Source of the DNA: the human T2T-CHM13v2.0 reference genome, Homo sapiens
DNA length: 64,000 bases
Assembly (NCBI RefSeq): GCF_009914755.1
Contig: NC_060928.1
Strand: one strand, 5' to 3'
Positions within the stretch are counted from its first letter, which is position 1. The number at the start of each line of letters is the position of its first letter. The notes beneath the pieces were generated by a model. The model was not told the origin of the DNA and did no database searches. It saw nothing but the letters and a program-made list of their open reading frames with translations. A program made the position numbers and the translations under genes. This document shows, piece after piece, positions 41,321-55,150 of this stretch.

Positions 41321-43930
41321 AGGAAAAATTACATACAAAATACGTAAACAATTAATGTATACAAATTGATGAGTTTCAACATAATTATACACCTGTGAAA
41401 CTATCGCCACAATTTATGCCGTAAACCTATTCACTACCTTCAATAGGTTACTACTCAAGATGATGATGATGATTAATATGCTAATAATAATGGTGATGAA
41501 TAATATGCCAATAATAATGAAGATTAATAAGTATATGCTAATAATATTTAGCATAAGATATACAGTCAGCAAAATGTTTAATTATACAGTACAGTATTAA
41601 CTGCAGTCACTGTGCTGTATAGTATTTTTCTAGGGCTAATTTATTTAATGTAACCAAAATTTTTTACACTTTGACTAATAACTCCCATTTTCTTTACTCT
41701 AGGCCCTGGAAAATAGCATAATACTGTCTGCTTTTCTGAGTTTGACTACTTTAGATTTATTATATAAGTGATATGATGTAGTATTTGTCTGCCAGTGTCT
41801 AGTAGATTTCATTAGGACATTATTGTCGTAACATAACATTCTATATTATGACATTATGTCCTAACATAATGTTCATAGAGACAATTTTTGTCTCCCAGTT
41901 TCATCTGTGTTGTTGCAAGTAGCAGAATTTCCTTTTTATTAAGGCTGAATATTTTATTGTATGTAAATACTGCATTTTTAAATTATTGTATCCATCTATG
42001 GACATTTAGGTTTGTTCCATGTCTTGGCTACTGTGAAAAATGCAACAATGAACATGAAAGTGCAGATATCTCTTTGAGATGCTGAATTCAATTCTTTTGG
42101 ATATATACCAAAAAGTAGGATTGCTGGATTATATGGTAGTTCTATATTTAGTTTTTTGAGGAACACCCATATTGTTTTCTGTAGTTGCTGCACTGGTTTA
42201 CATTGCTACCAATAGTGTGCAAGGATACACTTTCCTTCATGTGTTTGTCAAAATTTGTTATTTTTTGTTTATTTGATAAAAAATAATCCTAGCAGATGTG
42301 AGATGATATCTCATTGGAGTTTTTATTTGCATTTCCCTAAATGATTAGTAATGTTGAGCACATTTTCATATATCTGTTGGTCATTCCTGTATCTTTTTTG
42401 CAGAAATGTCTATTCAGTTTCTTTGTCCATTTTTAAATCAGGTTGTTTGTATTAACTGTTGTTGTTTTAGAAGTTCCTCATATATTCTGTATATTAATCC
42501 TTTGTAAGATATGTGGTTAGCAAAATTTTCTCTTATTTCATAGGTTGACCTTTTATTTTGTTGATTTTTTCATTTTCTGTGCAGAAACTTTTTTGTTTAA
42601 TGTAATACCACTTTTCTATTTTTAGTGTCACATTTTTACACTTTTGGTGTCATATAAGAAATAATTGCCACGGTCAATATTCAGAAGCTTTTTCCTCATG
42701 TCTTCTGCTAGGACTATTTTGGTTTCAGGTCTTATGTTTAATTCTTCAATGCATTTTGAATTGATTTTTATATATAGTATGAATAAGGGTCTAATTTTAT
42801 TCTTTGGCATGTGGATATTCAGTTTTCCCAGCATCATATCTTACAGACTATCCTTTTTTCATTGTGTATTCTTGGTTTTACTGACAAAAATCAGTTGACT
42901 GTATATGTGTGGGCTTATTTTTTGGTTCTCCATTCTGTTCCATTGGTCTATACATCTATTTTTATGTCAATATCATACTCTTTTAATTACCATAGCTTTG
43001 TAATATGTTTTGAACTCAGGAAGTGTGATGCCTCCAGCTTTGTTCTTATTGCTCAATATGGCTTTGTCTCTTTGTGGTCTTCTGTGGTTCCATAAAAATT
43101 TTACATTTTTTTCTATCTCTGTAAAAAAATCCACTGGTATTTTGATAGGGATTACGTTAAATCTGCAGATCCCTTTGGGTAGTATGAACATTTTCACAAT
43201 ATTAATTTTTCCAATCCATAAACATAGAACATCTTTTAATTTAATTGTGTTTGATTTAATTTCTTTTATCAGTGCTTTATAGTTTATAATGTACCAGGCT
43301 TTTTCCTCCTTGGTTAAGTTATTTTTAAGTACTTTATTCTTTCTGATGGTGATGTAAATGGGATTGTTTTCTTAATTTATTTTTCAGATAATTTTGTTAA
43401 TGTATAGAAATGCAACTATACGTTGTTTTGAATTCTGCAACTTTGTTGAATTTGTACATTAGTTCTAATAGTTTTTTGGTGGTATCCTTAGGTTTGTTTA
43501 GATATGATTATATTATCTGCAAACAGATACAATTTTACTTTTTCCTTTCCAATTTAGTTGCCTTTTGTTTCTATTTCTTCCTTAAATTCTTTGGCTAGAA
43601 CTTCTAATACTATGTTGAACAGAAATTATGAGAGAGGGTATCTTTGCCCTATACAAATTCTTAGACAAAAAGTTTGTTTTTCACCATTGAGTATATTGTT
43701 AGCTTTGGACTTTTCATTTTTAGCCTTTATTGTATTGAGGTAAGTTCCTTCTACATCTAATTTCTTGAGAGATTTTATCATGAGAAGGTGTTAAATTTTG
43801 CCAAATGATTTTATGCATCTATTAAGATGATAATATGATTTTCATCTTTCATTCTGTTAATGGTATGGATTACATTTATGGATTTGCATTTGTTGAATGT
43901 TTCATCCCAGTGATAAATCCCACTTTATCT

Positions 43931-44292
43931 TTAATTAGTCTGTTTTCTTACTGCTATAAAAAAAACTGCCCAAGACTGGGAAATTTATAAAGGAAAGAGA
44001 TTTAATTTACTCACATTGCAGCATGGCTTGAGAGGCCTCAGGAAACTTAAAATCATAGCAGAAGGCGAAGGTATCTTCTTCACAAGGCAGCAGGATGGAG
44101 AAGTGCTGAGTGGAGTGGGAAGAGCCCCTTATAAAACAATCACATCTCATGAGAAGTATCTTGTTAATGTGAGAACAGTGTGGGAAACTGCCTCCATGAT
44201 CCGATTACCTGGTCTCTCCCTTGACACATGGGAATTATGGAAATTATAATTCAAGATGAGATTTGAGTGAGGAGGAAAGCCTAACCTTACCA
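43931..44292 (-). mobile_element. THE1 solo LTR (THE1D-like)
   Basis: attagtctgttttc...gaggcctcaggaaactta...ataattcaagatgagatttgagtgagg...cctaaccttacca. Confidence 0.85.
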
Positions 44293-44525
44293 GTCATCAT
44301 ACGCTCCTTTTAATATGCTGTTGAATTCAGTTTGGTATATTTTTTTAAAGGATTTTTTGCATCTATGTTTTTCAGGGATATTGGCCTGCAGGTATTTTTG
44401 TCATACCTTTTTCTGGATTTGGTGTCAGGGTAATATTAGCATCACAAAATAGTTTGGAAGTTTCACTCTTGAATTTTTTGGAAGAATTTCAGAAGACTGA
44501 TAGTAATTTTTAAATGTTTGACAGA

Positions 44526-44833
44526 GGCCAGGTGTGGTGGCTCACACCTGTAACCCTAGCACTTTGTGAGGCGTAAGTGGAAGGATTGCTTGAGCTTAGG
44601 AGTTTGGGACCAGCCTAGAAAATATAAGGAGACCCCGTTTCTACAAAAAATAACTAAAAATAAGCAGCCAGACATGCCTGTAGTCCCAGCTACTCTGGAG
44701 GTTGAGGCTGGGGGGATCACTTGAGCCTGGGGTGTCAAGGCTGAAATGAGCCATGGTTATGCCACTGCACTCCAGTCTAGGCAACAGAACAAGACCCCAT
44801 CTCTAAAAAAACTTGAAAATAATAATTAAAAAC
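44526..44833 (+). mobile_element. Alu SINE (AluJ-like) nested in L1
   Basis: ggattgcttgagcttaggag, ggatcacttgagcctggg; TSD core taaatgtttga (44511-44521 / 44834-44844). Confidence 0.92.
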
Positions 44834-45919
44834 TAAATGTTTGATGGGCTTTATGCATAAAGCCATCTGGTCTTGGGCTTTCCTTTGTTGGAAGGTTTGT
44901 TCATTCAGGCTTTCTATTTCTTCTTCATTCAGTCCTAGAAAGTTGTATGTTTCTAGAAATTTACCCATTTTTTTTCCTAGATTGTCCAATTTGCTGGATA
45001 TAATTGTTCATAATAGTTCCTTATAATCTTTCTCGTCCTGTGGCATTGGTTGTTATAACTCTTCCTTAATTTCTAAGTTATTTATTTGCATCTTCTCTCC
45101 CTCTCTTTTTTCCTCATTTTAGCTAAAGTTTTGTCAATTTTATTTTTCTTTCAAATAATAAATTCTAAGTTTCATTAATATTTTATGTTAATTTCCTATT
45201 CTCTTTTATTCATTTTTGCTTTGATATTATTTACTTCTTTCTGTTAACTTTGGCATAATTTGTTTTTATTTTTCTATTTCCTTGAGGTGTAATGTTAGGT
45301 TATTTAAGATCCAACACATTTTTAAATACGTTGAAATATCTATGCAAATCAGAATAATGTTGACATCATATATAAATTATTTCTTACCTTTATGTTTGTG
45401 CTCTTGTCAACTTGCATATATGAAGTCTCATTATTACTATCAATGATGAAATAGTAAACGTGAATATTTATTGAAAACTAGCAACTCTATTGCTCTAGTT
45501 ATTGTACTAAGCACTCTGTATGCTTTTTTATTTAAATATCTTAGCAACACTACAAAGTTTATATTATTGCTATTATTGCTATTACACAATAAAGTTGCTG
45601 ACGTTTTTGTGGTCATATAATTTGTTCAAAATTACACAACCAATAAACAGAAAGTAAATATTTAACATGAAGTTTTCTTTTAGAAATTCAGTATTTTCAC
45701 ATTATTGTTTTGATCCTCTTATCTTTAAAAAATTAAAATGAGACAATTATTATTTTTAATTTTAATGTTTAATAAACATGATCAGAAATAGATTTGTAGT
45801 CATTATGTAAGGACATAAGATGTCAAATAGAAATATATATATATTTCTCTTTACACATATTAATATATGTTATAGCTCTTTATAATTTTTCTCAATATCT
45901 ATAATATATATCTAAATGA

Positions 45920-46292
45920 ACATACACACACACAAGCGTGTGTGAGGGAGGCAGAGAGAGAGAAAGAGAGAGAGAGGTTTGTTTTAAAGAATTGGCTCTT
46001 GTGCCGTGTGTGCTCACACGTCCCAGTAGGCTGGAAATTCAGGCAGGATTTCTATGTTGCTGTCTTCAGGATAATTATTTTTACTACAAGATCCTCAGTT
46101 ATTGCTCTTATGACCTTCAACTGGTTAGATGACTCATTCACATTATGAAGGGCAATCAGCTTTACTCAATTTATTGATGTAAATGTCAGCCACATCCAAA
46201 AATTACATTGATAGCAACATCGAGACTGGTGTTTGACAGAACAACTGGGTACAATAGCCAAGCAAAATTGACATGTAAAAGAAACCAGCACA
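45920..46292 (-). mobile_element. ERVL LTR, MLT2D-like
   Basis: gagaggtttgttttaaagaattggctc...gaccttcaactggttagatga...cacattatgaagggcaatc...actggtgtttgac...aaattgacatgtaaaa. Confidence 0.8.
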
Positions 46293-47188
46293 GATGTCTA
46301 ATTTGTAATGATTGCTTTGTTATTCTAAGAAATCTAAAATAAATAAGCCAACAGTAATTCAGCTGGTGCTTTCCGAGGGATATTAGAAATATAAATGTGA
46401 AAGGACTGTGGTGGGGAGACACTGACTTCTTCCTTTTTACTAGTCAGATCTCTTTGCTAACAAAAAAATCTTACATTTTAATTTTTTCTAAGGTACCTAG
46501 AGTTTTCTTGGTTTGTTAGTATATTTATTCTGTTACTTTCCATCAAACATGCGTAACTGTCTCAGATTTTATTAAGTTTAACCTAAAGAAACAAACAAGT
46601 GTTAGAGTCTATAAAAAAAACACAATATTCTAAACAAAACAATTTCTTAAGACTATCTTAAAGAAAACAACAACAATACTTCTCTTTAAGAATCTTAATT
46701 CTAAAACTAAAATTTGCATTAAAATTGCTCATGTATCACAGTACAAATATTCAGTGCTACAACAGTTATGTTGATTAATGTTCACATGCTATATTTGACT
46801 AAAGACATTAAGGTTTGTCTAGAGATGAGATGTCAAGGACTTACATAATTCTTTTTATTTCATAATTATAGTGGTTTAAAACATTTATGAATTCATTTCA
46901 TACCCATTCTTACATTAAAAGTGTGCTGAAATTCATTTACACTTGAATAATTTTGAATGATTAAAATATGCAAAAATCTATATTTAACCTAAATACTGTA
47001 TTTATGATTTTTACATTCCTGTTGCTTTTGCACAAAGAGGATGATAATTAATTCATTTTGTTCAGCAGACTGGTATGTGTTTTAAAAGTTCTCTGATCTT
47101 TGAAATGCTTTATACTCCTTTGAAAATGTTAACATTATGAAAATTGAAAATTTCAATTGGTAATAGACCATTGGAAAGAAAGTTTATG

Positions 47189-47414
47189 ATGGACACAGGG
47201 AGGGAAACAACACACTCTGGGGCCTGTCAGTGGGGTGGAGGGAGGGAGAGCATCAGGATAAATAGCTAATGAATATGGGGATTAATACATAGGTGATGGA
47301 TTGATGGGTACAGCAAACCATCATGGCACACTTTTACCTGTGTAATAAACCTGCACGTCCTGCACATGTATCCTGAAACTTAAAATAAAATAAAAATAAA
47401 TTAAATTAAAAACA
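47189..47414 (+). mobile_element. 5'-truncated L1PA 3' UTR (about L1PA8-13)
   Basis: atggacacagggaggg...agcatcaggataaatagctaatg...aacctgcacgtcctgcacatgtatcc; perfect 15-bp TSD gaaagaaagtttatg (47174-47188 / 47415-47429). Confidence 0.95.
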
Positions 47415-49339
47415 GAAAGAAAGTTTATGTAGATGTGGACTACAAAAAGGACCATTTTCACTGACAGATATATAGTGGTGATTCTGACACCAAATTAATG
47501 GGAAAAGAAAGGCAAGGTATTTCTTCCTGGATCTCAGTTTTCTCCCTTGTAAAATATAAAATAGTATGAAATTAGGCATGGAACATATAAACATTCTTAA
47601 ATTATGTTTACTTCATTATTATGTGATATCATAATTTATCACAAATATATGAATATGTACATATGCATAGATATGCTTCTACAAGATGGAAGAGTCAATA
47701 TTTTACTTTGTAAATAAAAATAAACAGTCACAGCAAAAAAGATAAATTGGTTCATATTTTATTAAGTAATAAAACAATTCACTTCGTGGATATTATTTCT
47801 ACAGAATATGGAAGAGATTCTAAGCTTGAATAAGGCAGTAAATGCACAAAAATATATGCCATGGTCTATGCTCATGAGTGGGAAAAGCAAATATTGTACA
47901 GTGTGCTAAAAATGTTTGACAGTAGAAAGGCTGAAAAGTTATGAAAGACACTGAGTTTGCAAATGTTATTCTCAGAACTGTGAGAGCAGTTCTGGGCATG
48001 GAAAAGGAAGTGCATAATAGAAACATGATCAGAATCCCTGAAATCCCAGAGACAAATCTATCTGTATTTTCGTGTGCTTCCATAATAGGGTATCACATTT
48101 CCATTTGGGTGCTGAACTTTCCTGCTGCTGTCAGGCATTTAGTATCTTTCCAATTTTAGACTTTAAAATAAAAATCAGCATTTCTACTCCAACTTTTGCA
48201 AATCCTCTGAAAGGGGCAAATTAAATAAAACACTCACTGTGAATACTAAGGCAAGTGGAATTTTCCAAACATTTTATGTTAAAATAGAATAGTAGAGCAG
48301 ACAATGAAATGGTGGTCCTTAAATTATTTGTTTCGCTTTATGCACTTTTTCATATATGCCAGATTTTCTGATTTTTTGTTTTGTCTAACTTAAAATGTTT
48401 AGAAGAGGAAACTGTTCTTCTCTTTCAGTATTTTCAATATGCGGTTTAAAAGCTGAATTGATGTCTTTATAAAGCAAAGGAGGAAGCAAAGTTATTTAAA
48501 AGAGAAGACCACAGGGATAAAAAGAAAAATATATTTTTATGTTAAAAAATAGTAATACAAGCATTGGCTTGTTGTGAGAGCTCAGAAATCATTTTTCCAT
48601 TCAAATAATTTCATAGCATGCATTAGCTCTTCCTCCCAGGCATAAGTATGATGATTTTCACTAATGCTATGAATAGGGTGGAATTGGGATTGGCAGAAAG
48701 ATAATCCTGTATGTATTTGGGATATGTTTTCCATCAGATCTTAAGACACGTAACCACTAAATATTTACTCGTAGTGGGCAGACCATTCTTGCTGAGTCTA
48801 TTTTGGTAATTTTTCCAATCCAAGGCAACATCTTTCTTTCCCTTCATTTCTCTTCATAGGAAAAGCTTAAGGGAAAGATTTTTCTGTGAGCTGGTGCTGA
48901 TGTTGTATGTTCCAGCAGATCTTCAAAGAAACGTAAGATAATTTATTGAAATAAGGAATAAACTTTTTTCTGAGTTCTACTTGATTGCCTAAAAGTTACA
49001 TTTTTATAAAGATAAAATTTGTACAATTCAAATATATTTAAATAACTTTTCATTGATCAAGAGCTATCATCAAACCCTCGATTACACTGTGTGAATGACT
49101 GCATGGACAAGCATCATTTTTTTTTCATTAATAAACCAATATTTATGCATTTGTTTTCTTATTTGACTATACTATGTTTACTCAATTGAGACTGGTATTA
49201 TCTTATCTCTAACTTACAGAGTACTGCCTTTATTGTAGATGAGTCATGATTATTATAAATTAAGTTATTAGCTTAAGATCACATTTTTTATGTGGAAGAA
49301 TGTATTGATACTTCCCAGTCTCTCTCACACACACGTATC

Positions 49340-49845
49340 TGACCTATAAGCAAATAATTTCAATTCTGCCTTACGATATGTCCAGAGCCTATCATTCCTC
49401 ACCATGTTCATTGCTATCATCCAGGTCCAACACAGCATTAAACCACGTGGTGCTTCCGACAATAGCCTCCTAATTAATTTCCCAGCAGTAAATTTCCAAC
49501 ACAATATCCATAGTGAACTTTTTGAAAGATTTCAGACCATACTATTTCTCTGCTCTAAGGACACAATGATTATTCTCTGACCATTCTAAACCAAATGGCA
49601 TTATCACCCTCATTTTCACTCCCCAAACCTCTTCTAGATGATTTAATCTTCTCCAGAGCACTCGGAACCATGTGGCATCATACATTTCTGTACATTTGTT
49701 AATAATTTATATTGCAACATGTAATATTAAAAAAATGTTAGTCGGGAACTTTATTTTCTTTGTTATCATATCCTCAGTGGCTAGAACACTTCCTGGTTCA
49801 TGATAAGCTCTTCATAACTTTCAGTTAAATGAGTAAATAAAATTA
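49340..49845 (+). mobile_element. L2 fragments
   Basis: tgtccagagcctatcattcctcacc...caatagcctcctaat...; ctcagtggctagaacacttcctgg. Confidence 0.6.
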
Positions 49846-49959
49846 AGAATTTACTGAAACTCATGACTCTAACTAAAATACAATGAATCCAATAGTTGTG
49901 TATTGGTTAAAAAACCCTGTAATTTCATTTAATATAGATCACATTTATCATTCTTATGG

Positions 49960-50200
49960 AATAATTACATAGCAATCGCTACATTTTTTTATCTGTCTCC
50001 TATGCTACAAGGTAATATGGTAAGTATTTTATATACATCATCCTACTTATTCTTTGAACAATGCTATGAGATATTTCACTTATTTTACAAATGAGAAAAC
50101 TGAGACTTCGCAAGATTACGTTATCTTCTCAGGGTAAGTGAATACTTGCACGGCAGAGCTGAACCATGTCAAATTGATCCAGAGCCCGTGTTATGCAACA
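49960..50200 (-). mobile_element. MIR
   Basis: attttacaaatgagaaaactgagact...ggcagagctg. Confidence 0.7.
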
Positions 50201-50847
50201 GTGCCCAATGCCCAATGTAGGCATTTTGAGTTAAGTGCTCTTTTACCAGAACCTTCGTTGGGTAACATGGAGCAAATCTATAAACTATTTTCCCAAATCC
50301 CTAAGTCGTACTTCACCAGATCCTTTTCTCCACTCTCAAATAACATTGGTTATCACCATGCTGTTTATATTTGTTGCATCCTTTTTATGATCGGGGTATG
50401 ACTTTTCAAATTGTGATCCCGACCCTAGCTGGCATTATTCAAATCACCTCCATAATGGTCATCTCCTTTCATCCAAGACCTCAAAAGTTTCTCACATGTC
50501 ATCTTTCTTTGTGGACTTCAGTTCCACCTTGTTCATCATTTCACATAACGAAACATTCCTGTAATGCCTTACAAAATGACTTGAGCCACTTTTTCAGTTC
50601 ATTCGGGTAATGCCTTTGCTTTTTCTTCTGAAACTGGCTCATAGGGTATACTGTAATTCAGATTAATTTATTTACTTTGAGAGAATTTAGTTATTTCTTA
50701 GATAAAGCACTCCATTTCACACTTAATATTAGAGTAATACAAAACAACAGTGACTTCCACTTGTTTAAACTAGCAGTTTGCAGTCTGGGCTTGTTGATAC
50801 CCAAAAAGTAGAGGTTCCAAGGACCTATGTAAATGGTCTGCAAAACT

Positions 50848-50848
<1 letters not shown>

Positions 50849-50894
<46 letters not shown>
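50849..50894. repeat. (GT)23 microsatellite
   Basis: Read directly; lies within a probable hAT-Charlie-type relic (catcagattgtcaaagggg...aaaaatcttaaga). Confidence 0.97.
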
Positions 50895-50900
<6 letters not shown>

Positions 50901-51407
50901 GTATGTGTATGTGAGTGATTTCCAGGAAGAACATTCATAATTTTCATAAGATTGTCATCAGATTGTCAAAGGGGAACCTCATAATAAAAATCTTAAGATT
51001 ATTCACATTTTATATTGTCATTTGACTCATTTAATTAAATCTAAAGTACCTAGATGTTATACTTTTTTTTGTGCTTTTTTTGTTTTCCATTTTATCCCAA
51101 TGTGTATAGAGTTGCTATTATTTTTTCTATCTGGCCTCATTTGCTTAAAGTTTTACTACTCATGCACCAGGCAAAGCTGAGCCTTTTGTATTATATTTTG
51201 TTTCTTGAGGCACAATTCTTTTCTATGAAGGAAATAATGTATCAAACATACAGAGTGTGCATCTTTGTCAGGGAGGGGTGAGGAGGAATGTGAGATGTGA
51301 GTTCTGTTTTGCCCACAGCCTTTGTCAGTCAGCAGCGAGGAAAAAAAAAAGGAATATAAAAGTCTCTTGTTTGAAGGGAAAAGGTATAGATAGGAGTTAC
51401 CATCACT

Positions 51408-51439
51408 AAAACAAAACAAAACAAAACAAAACAAAAAAC
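51408..51439. repeat. (AAAAC)n pentanucleotide repeat
   Basis: Read directly. Confidence 0.9.
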
Positions 51440-51781
51440 AGTAACAGCAATTTTTGTTTGCAGCTGCGTTTTCCTGCCAAAGTAAACATGGCTGTACTGT
51501 GTCTCACCATTTGTCTTTCTATCTCTCTTAGTGAGGAGAAAGAAAAACTCACACTCTACTGATGAGTTAAATTATTTTTTGAGGCAAAGGTAATAACAAT
51601 TTTTTTTCAATTATTTTCACAGATGTTAATATTTTATCTCCATTAAGAAAGTTGATGCACAGGATTTGCTGATTACTAATCAGCAATATCTCTTTTTTTG
51701 TCCATAATTTATCACATTTACAAAATTCTCCTCACCCTGTAAGATCAAGAATTCCTAGTGTTTGACAGAGTTTATGCGATA

Positions 51782-51818
51782 TGTGTGTGTGTGTGTCTAC
51801 GTGTGTGTGTGTGTGTGT
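51782..51818. repeat. Interrupted (TG)n microsatellite
   Basis: Read directly. Confidence 0.9.
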
Positions 51819-51989
51819 AAATGATGGATCACAGTTCAGATATTCAGAATGAAACATCATCAATATATGAAGTTATTTATTATTTAAAAGGTATTTTATC
51901 TGTTGTTTGAAATTTATTGAATGTTGATAGGCTATTTGGCAAAACATAAAGCAGAATAATAGATTCCACCTTTGATTATCATTTTCAGG

Positions 51990-52456
51990 GCAAATTATCA
52001 CAATCTTAGTGGCTTCAAAAAATGGGAATTCATGATCTTATAATTCTGGAGATCAGAAATGCAGTAATAGGCTAAACTCAACCTGTCAGTGGTGCAGTTT
52101 CTTTTAGGAGGTTCTTGGGAGGAATGTTTTATGGCTTTTTCCAGCTTTCAGAGGCTGCCTGGGTTCAACAGCTACTAAACTCCTTCCTTCTCCAAAGTCA
52201 GCATCTGATGGATAAGTCCTTTTCGCATCATATCACTCTGACGCTGACTCTTCTCCCTTCCTTTTCCACATTTAAGAACCTTTGTGATTGCATTAGGCCC
52301 ATCAAATAATCTGGAATAATCAGTTTTAATGACTGCTAATTAGCAACCTCAATTATATCAGCAAACTGAATTTCATTTTGTCATTTTACATAACATATCC
52401 ACAGATTCTGGGGATTAGGGTGTGCACAGCTTTAAGGGCTATTATTCTTCCTGCTT
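51990..52456 (-). mobile_element. MaLR LTR, MLT1D-like
   Basis: caaattatcacaatcttagtggctt...ttttccagctttcagaggctgcc...ttaagaacctttgtgattgcattaggccca...cacagattctggggattagg. Confidence 0.85.
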
Positions 52457-52974
52457 TAATCACAGGCTCTGTGTTTTGTGCTGTGCCAAGTATTCTGTGG
52501 AGTTGAGGGAGGGAGGAACAGGTCAGAAATGGAGATACCTTTACAATAAAGTTATACATTAACTTAATAAAATGGCTTTATTAGAGTTACTACTAAAATA
52601 CTTATGTACCAAAAGAGAGAACAACTTCCAATAGCTCAGGGAATCCTGGGGGATAGAACTGTTGTTATTTTTGACTCTATTCATCAGTTTTTTTTAAGTA
52701 GAAATTCCCTCACTACCAGATATCAGTGAATGTGAGAGGAGCTAGCTTTAGCCCTACATTGATCTAATTCTCATTAGGCTTGAGTTATGGGTTTAATCCC
52801 ACCAGCAACACAGAAAATTTTAAAAATCATTTTTGTATAGAATACATTTTTATCTTGGAAAAAGTCTGAAGAACTGCCATTTTACTTATCCCCTGACAAT
52901 TCATCTCAAGATCCACAAGTACATGGAATGACAAATTTGTTTTGCATGGTGTGGATCACCTTATCTCCGTATCG

Positions 52975-53290
52975 GGGAAAATATTTATTGAATGTCTAGA
53001 AGAGTTGTTGTATATTAGACACCAGATATACAAAGATGACAAAGGCTCAGAGCATTTCTATATCAAGCACTACCATGCTAGAAGCACACGCAAGAGGAAA
53101 GGACATTCAGATTGCTTCAAAGTCAAACATCTTGTAGGAGGTGATACTTGATTTGATTCTTGGAAAAGAGGTGTAAGATTTATATGTGACCAAAATGTGA
53201 GCTGGGATAGTGGGTTAACAGCATGTGAGCAGAGGAAATAGTGTAAGAAAAACACAGCAAGTATTTAAAACATCAGAGTATTATAGAAGT
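52975..53290 (-). mobile_element. L2 fragment
   Basis: aaatatttattgaatgtcta...; aggaggtgatacttgattt. Confidence 0.45.
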
Positions 53291-54339
53291 TAGATTTCTG
53301 AAATCTGAAGTTTCCAGGGACATGTCTATAAATAGAATAGAATAAAAGGTATACAACATAACAATGAAATTGATTTTTGACAGACTAATCTGTTATAATA
53401 TTTAAGGAAGTCCTCCATATGTGTACATATGTAATAATTGCTAAAAGTACATGAGTAAACTCTTAAGTTCCTTTCCAAATACTATTTATTGTAAGTGGAG
53501 TAATTAGCATGGAATTACACTGAAAAATGTTAAAAACTGAAAAACTTCTGCCCTGCCTTTGCAGTGAGTGATGGGAGACACTATTCCAAAAATATATAAT
53601 TATGATTGAATAATTTCAAATAGGAAAACTGACAATATAAGAAATACAAGAAGACATAATGCCACTGATGAAAGGAGGAGGTGATATTTGAGTAAAGTTC
53701 ACAACAATGAGAAGGATCCAATAATATATCTAGGGGAGAAGATTTTAATTATTGTAAGGGGAACCATAAAGGCCTACAGCTGTTATAAAATGATGAAAAT
53801 TAATACAGTTATATACAGGTAGTTATATATTTCATCCTTCAAACAAGGACATCTTATGGGTAAAAAATTTTATTAAGGTATTTATTCATTGACAGAATTA
53901 TTTATTTTGCTTCTTAGTCATCAACAACTATCCAAACATTGTCTTTGAAAATATAATTATTTCTAAAACAATTTAAAATAACATATATCCATGTTAATTG
54001 TATATGCATTTTAGCAACACTATATCAATTAAGGCAAATATATAACATATTAAACTTATATAAAAGTATATAACTTATATTAAAGTATATGCATTTTAGC
54101 AACACTGTCAAAGCAAAATATATAACTTATATTAAAGCATGAAGTAAGAATTTTTTTCCTTGTTACAAATTCATCCACTTTAGTTCATTTGCTTCATTTG
54201 ACTCTTCCTAGATGGCAATAGGTATTTTTCTGAAAAATATTATTAAAGATGATAATGGTATTGAATTATCACCCAAATAATAAAATAAATATTCATGAAT
54301 TCTTTACATGATTAAATAATAAAGTGGGGAGAAGGAATT

Positions 54340-55150
54340 TTTTTTACAGAATATTCCACATAATATGTACAGAAAGAATGAAGAAAATACAAAGTACAAA
54401 ACTTTAAGGAGAAACAACATATTTGCAAAGCTTCAGAGTAACTCCCCAAATTATTAATTAATTGACTTGGTGGTATGTCAACAAATTATTTACCATTTTT
54501 ATCTTCATGAGGTGGCATTTAATTACTCTCTTCTTGAAAATGGGCTGGATATAGTAACTTGCTTCTTATAAGCAGAGTATGGAGAAGAAAAAAACAGTGA
54601 CTGTAGCAGATAAACATGGTGGACACCTCGTAATCAACAAATCAAGGTGAACATCAGTAGTTGTAAGTCATATTGATATCATATACCACCTGAAATATGA
54701 GTGTCATTTTACCTCTGCTGTATCCTTCCGCAAAATTAATAACTACAGTATCATCATGAGACAATATTAAACCAACTGAAGTTGAAAGACATTCTACAAA
54801 ATACATGACCAGTACTCATCAAAAGGGTCAGGGTCATGAAAAACAAGGAAATACCAAAAATTTGTTACAGACTAGAGGAGACGAGGGGACTTGATTACAA
54901 AATAAAATGTGTTTTTTGAATTGGATCTTGAAATAGTAAAATGATATTAATTTAAAAAGTGATTAAATCTGATTAAAGTGCTATAAATACTAAAAATATG
55001 AATAGTATAATAAATTATAATTTATTAGTTTTTGTATATATTATGGTTGTATAAGATGTTAATATTGAGAGATGCTGGGTGAAAGTTATGTAAGAACTCA
55101 TTATCTGATCTTGCCAACTACTTAGTGATTATAAAATTTTTCAAAATACT
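54340..55150 (+). mobile_element. L1MC-like 3' region
   Basis: atcaaggtgaacatcagtag...gacattctacaaaatacatgaccagtactc...gtcatgaaaaacaaggaaa. Confidence 0.75.

Larger units (their letters stand above)
41325..45320 (-). mobile_element. L1MA-like LINE (3' UTR + ~3 kb decayed ORF2), interrupted by a THE1 LTR and an Alu
   Basis: Minus-strand ORF fragments [17 protein letters not shown]...ICTFMFIVAFFTVAKTWNKPKCP and [16 protein letters not shown]...[17 protein letters not shown] match L1 ORF2p. Confidence 0.92.
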
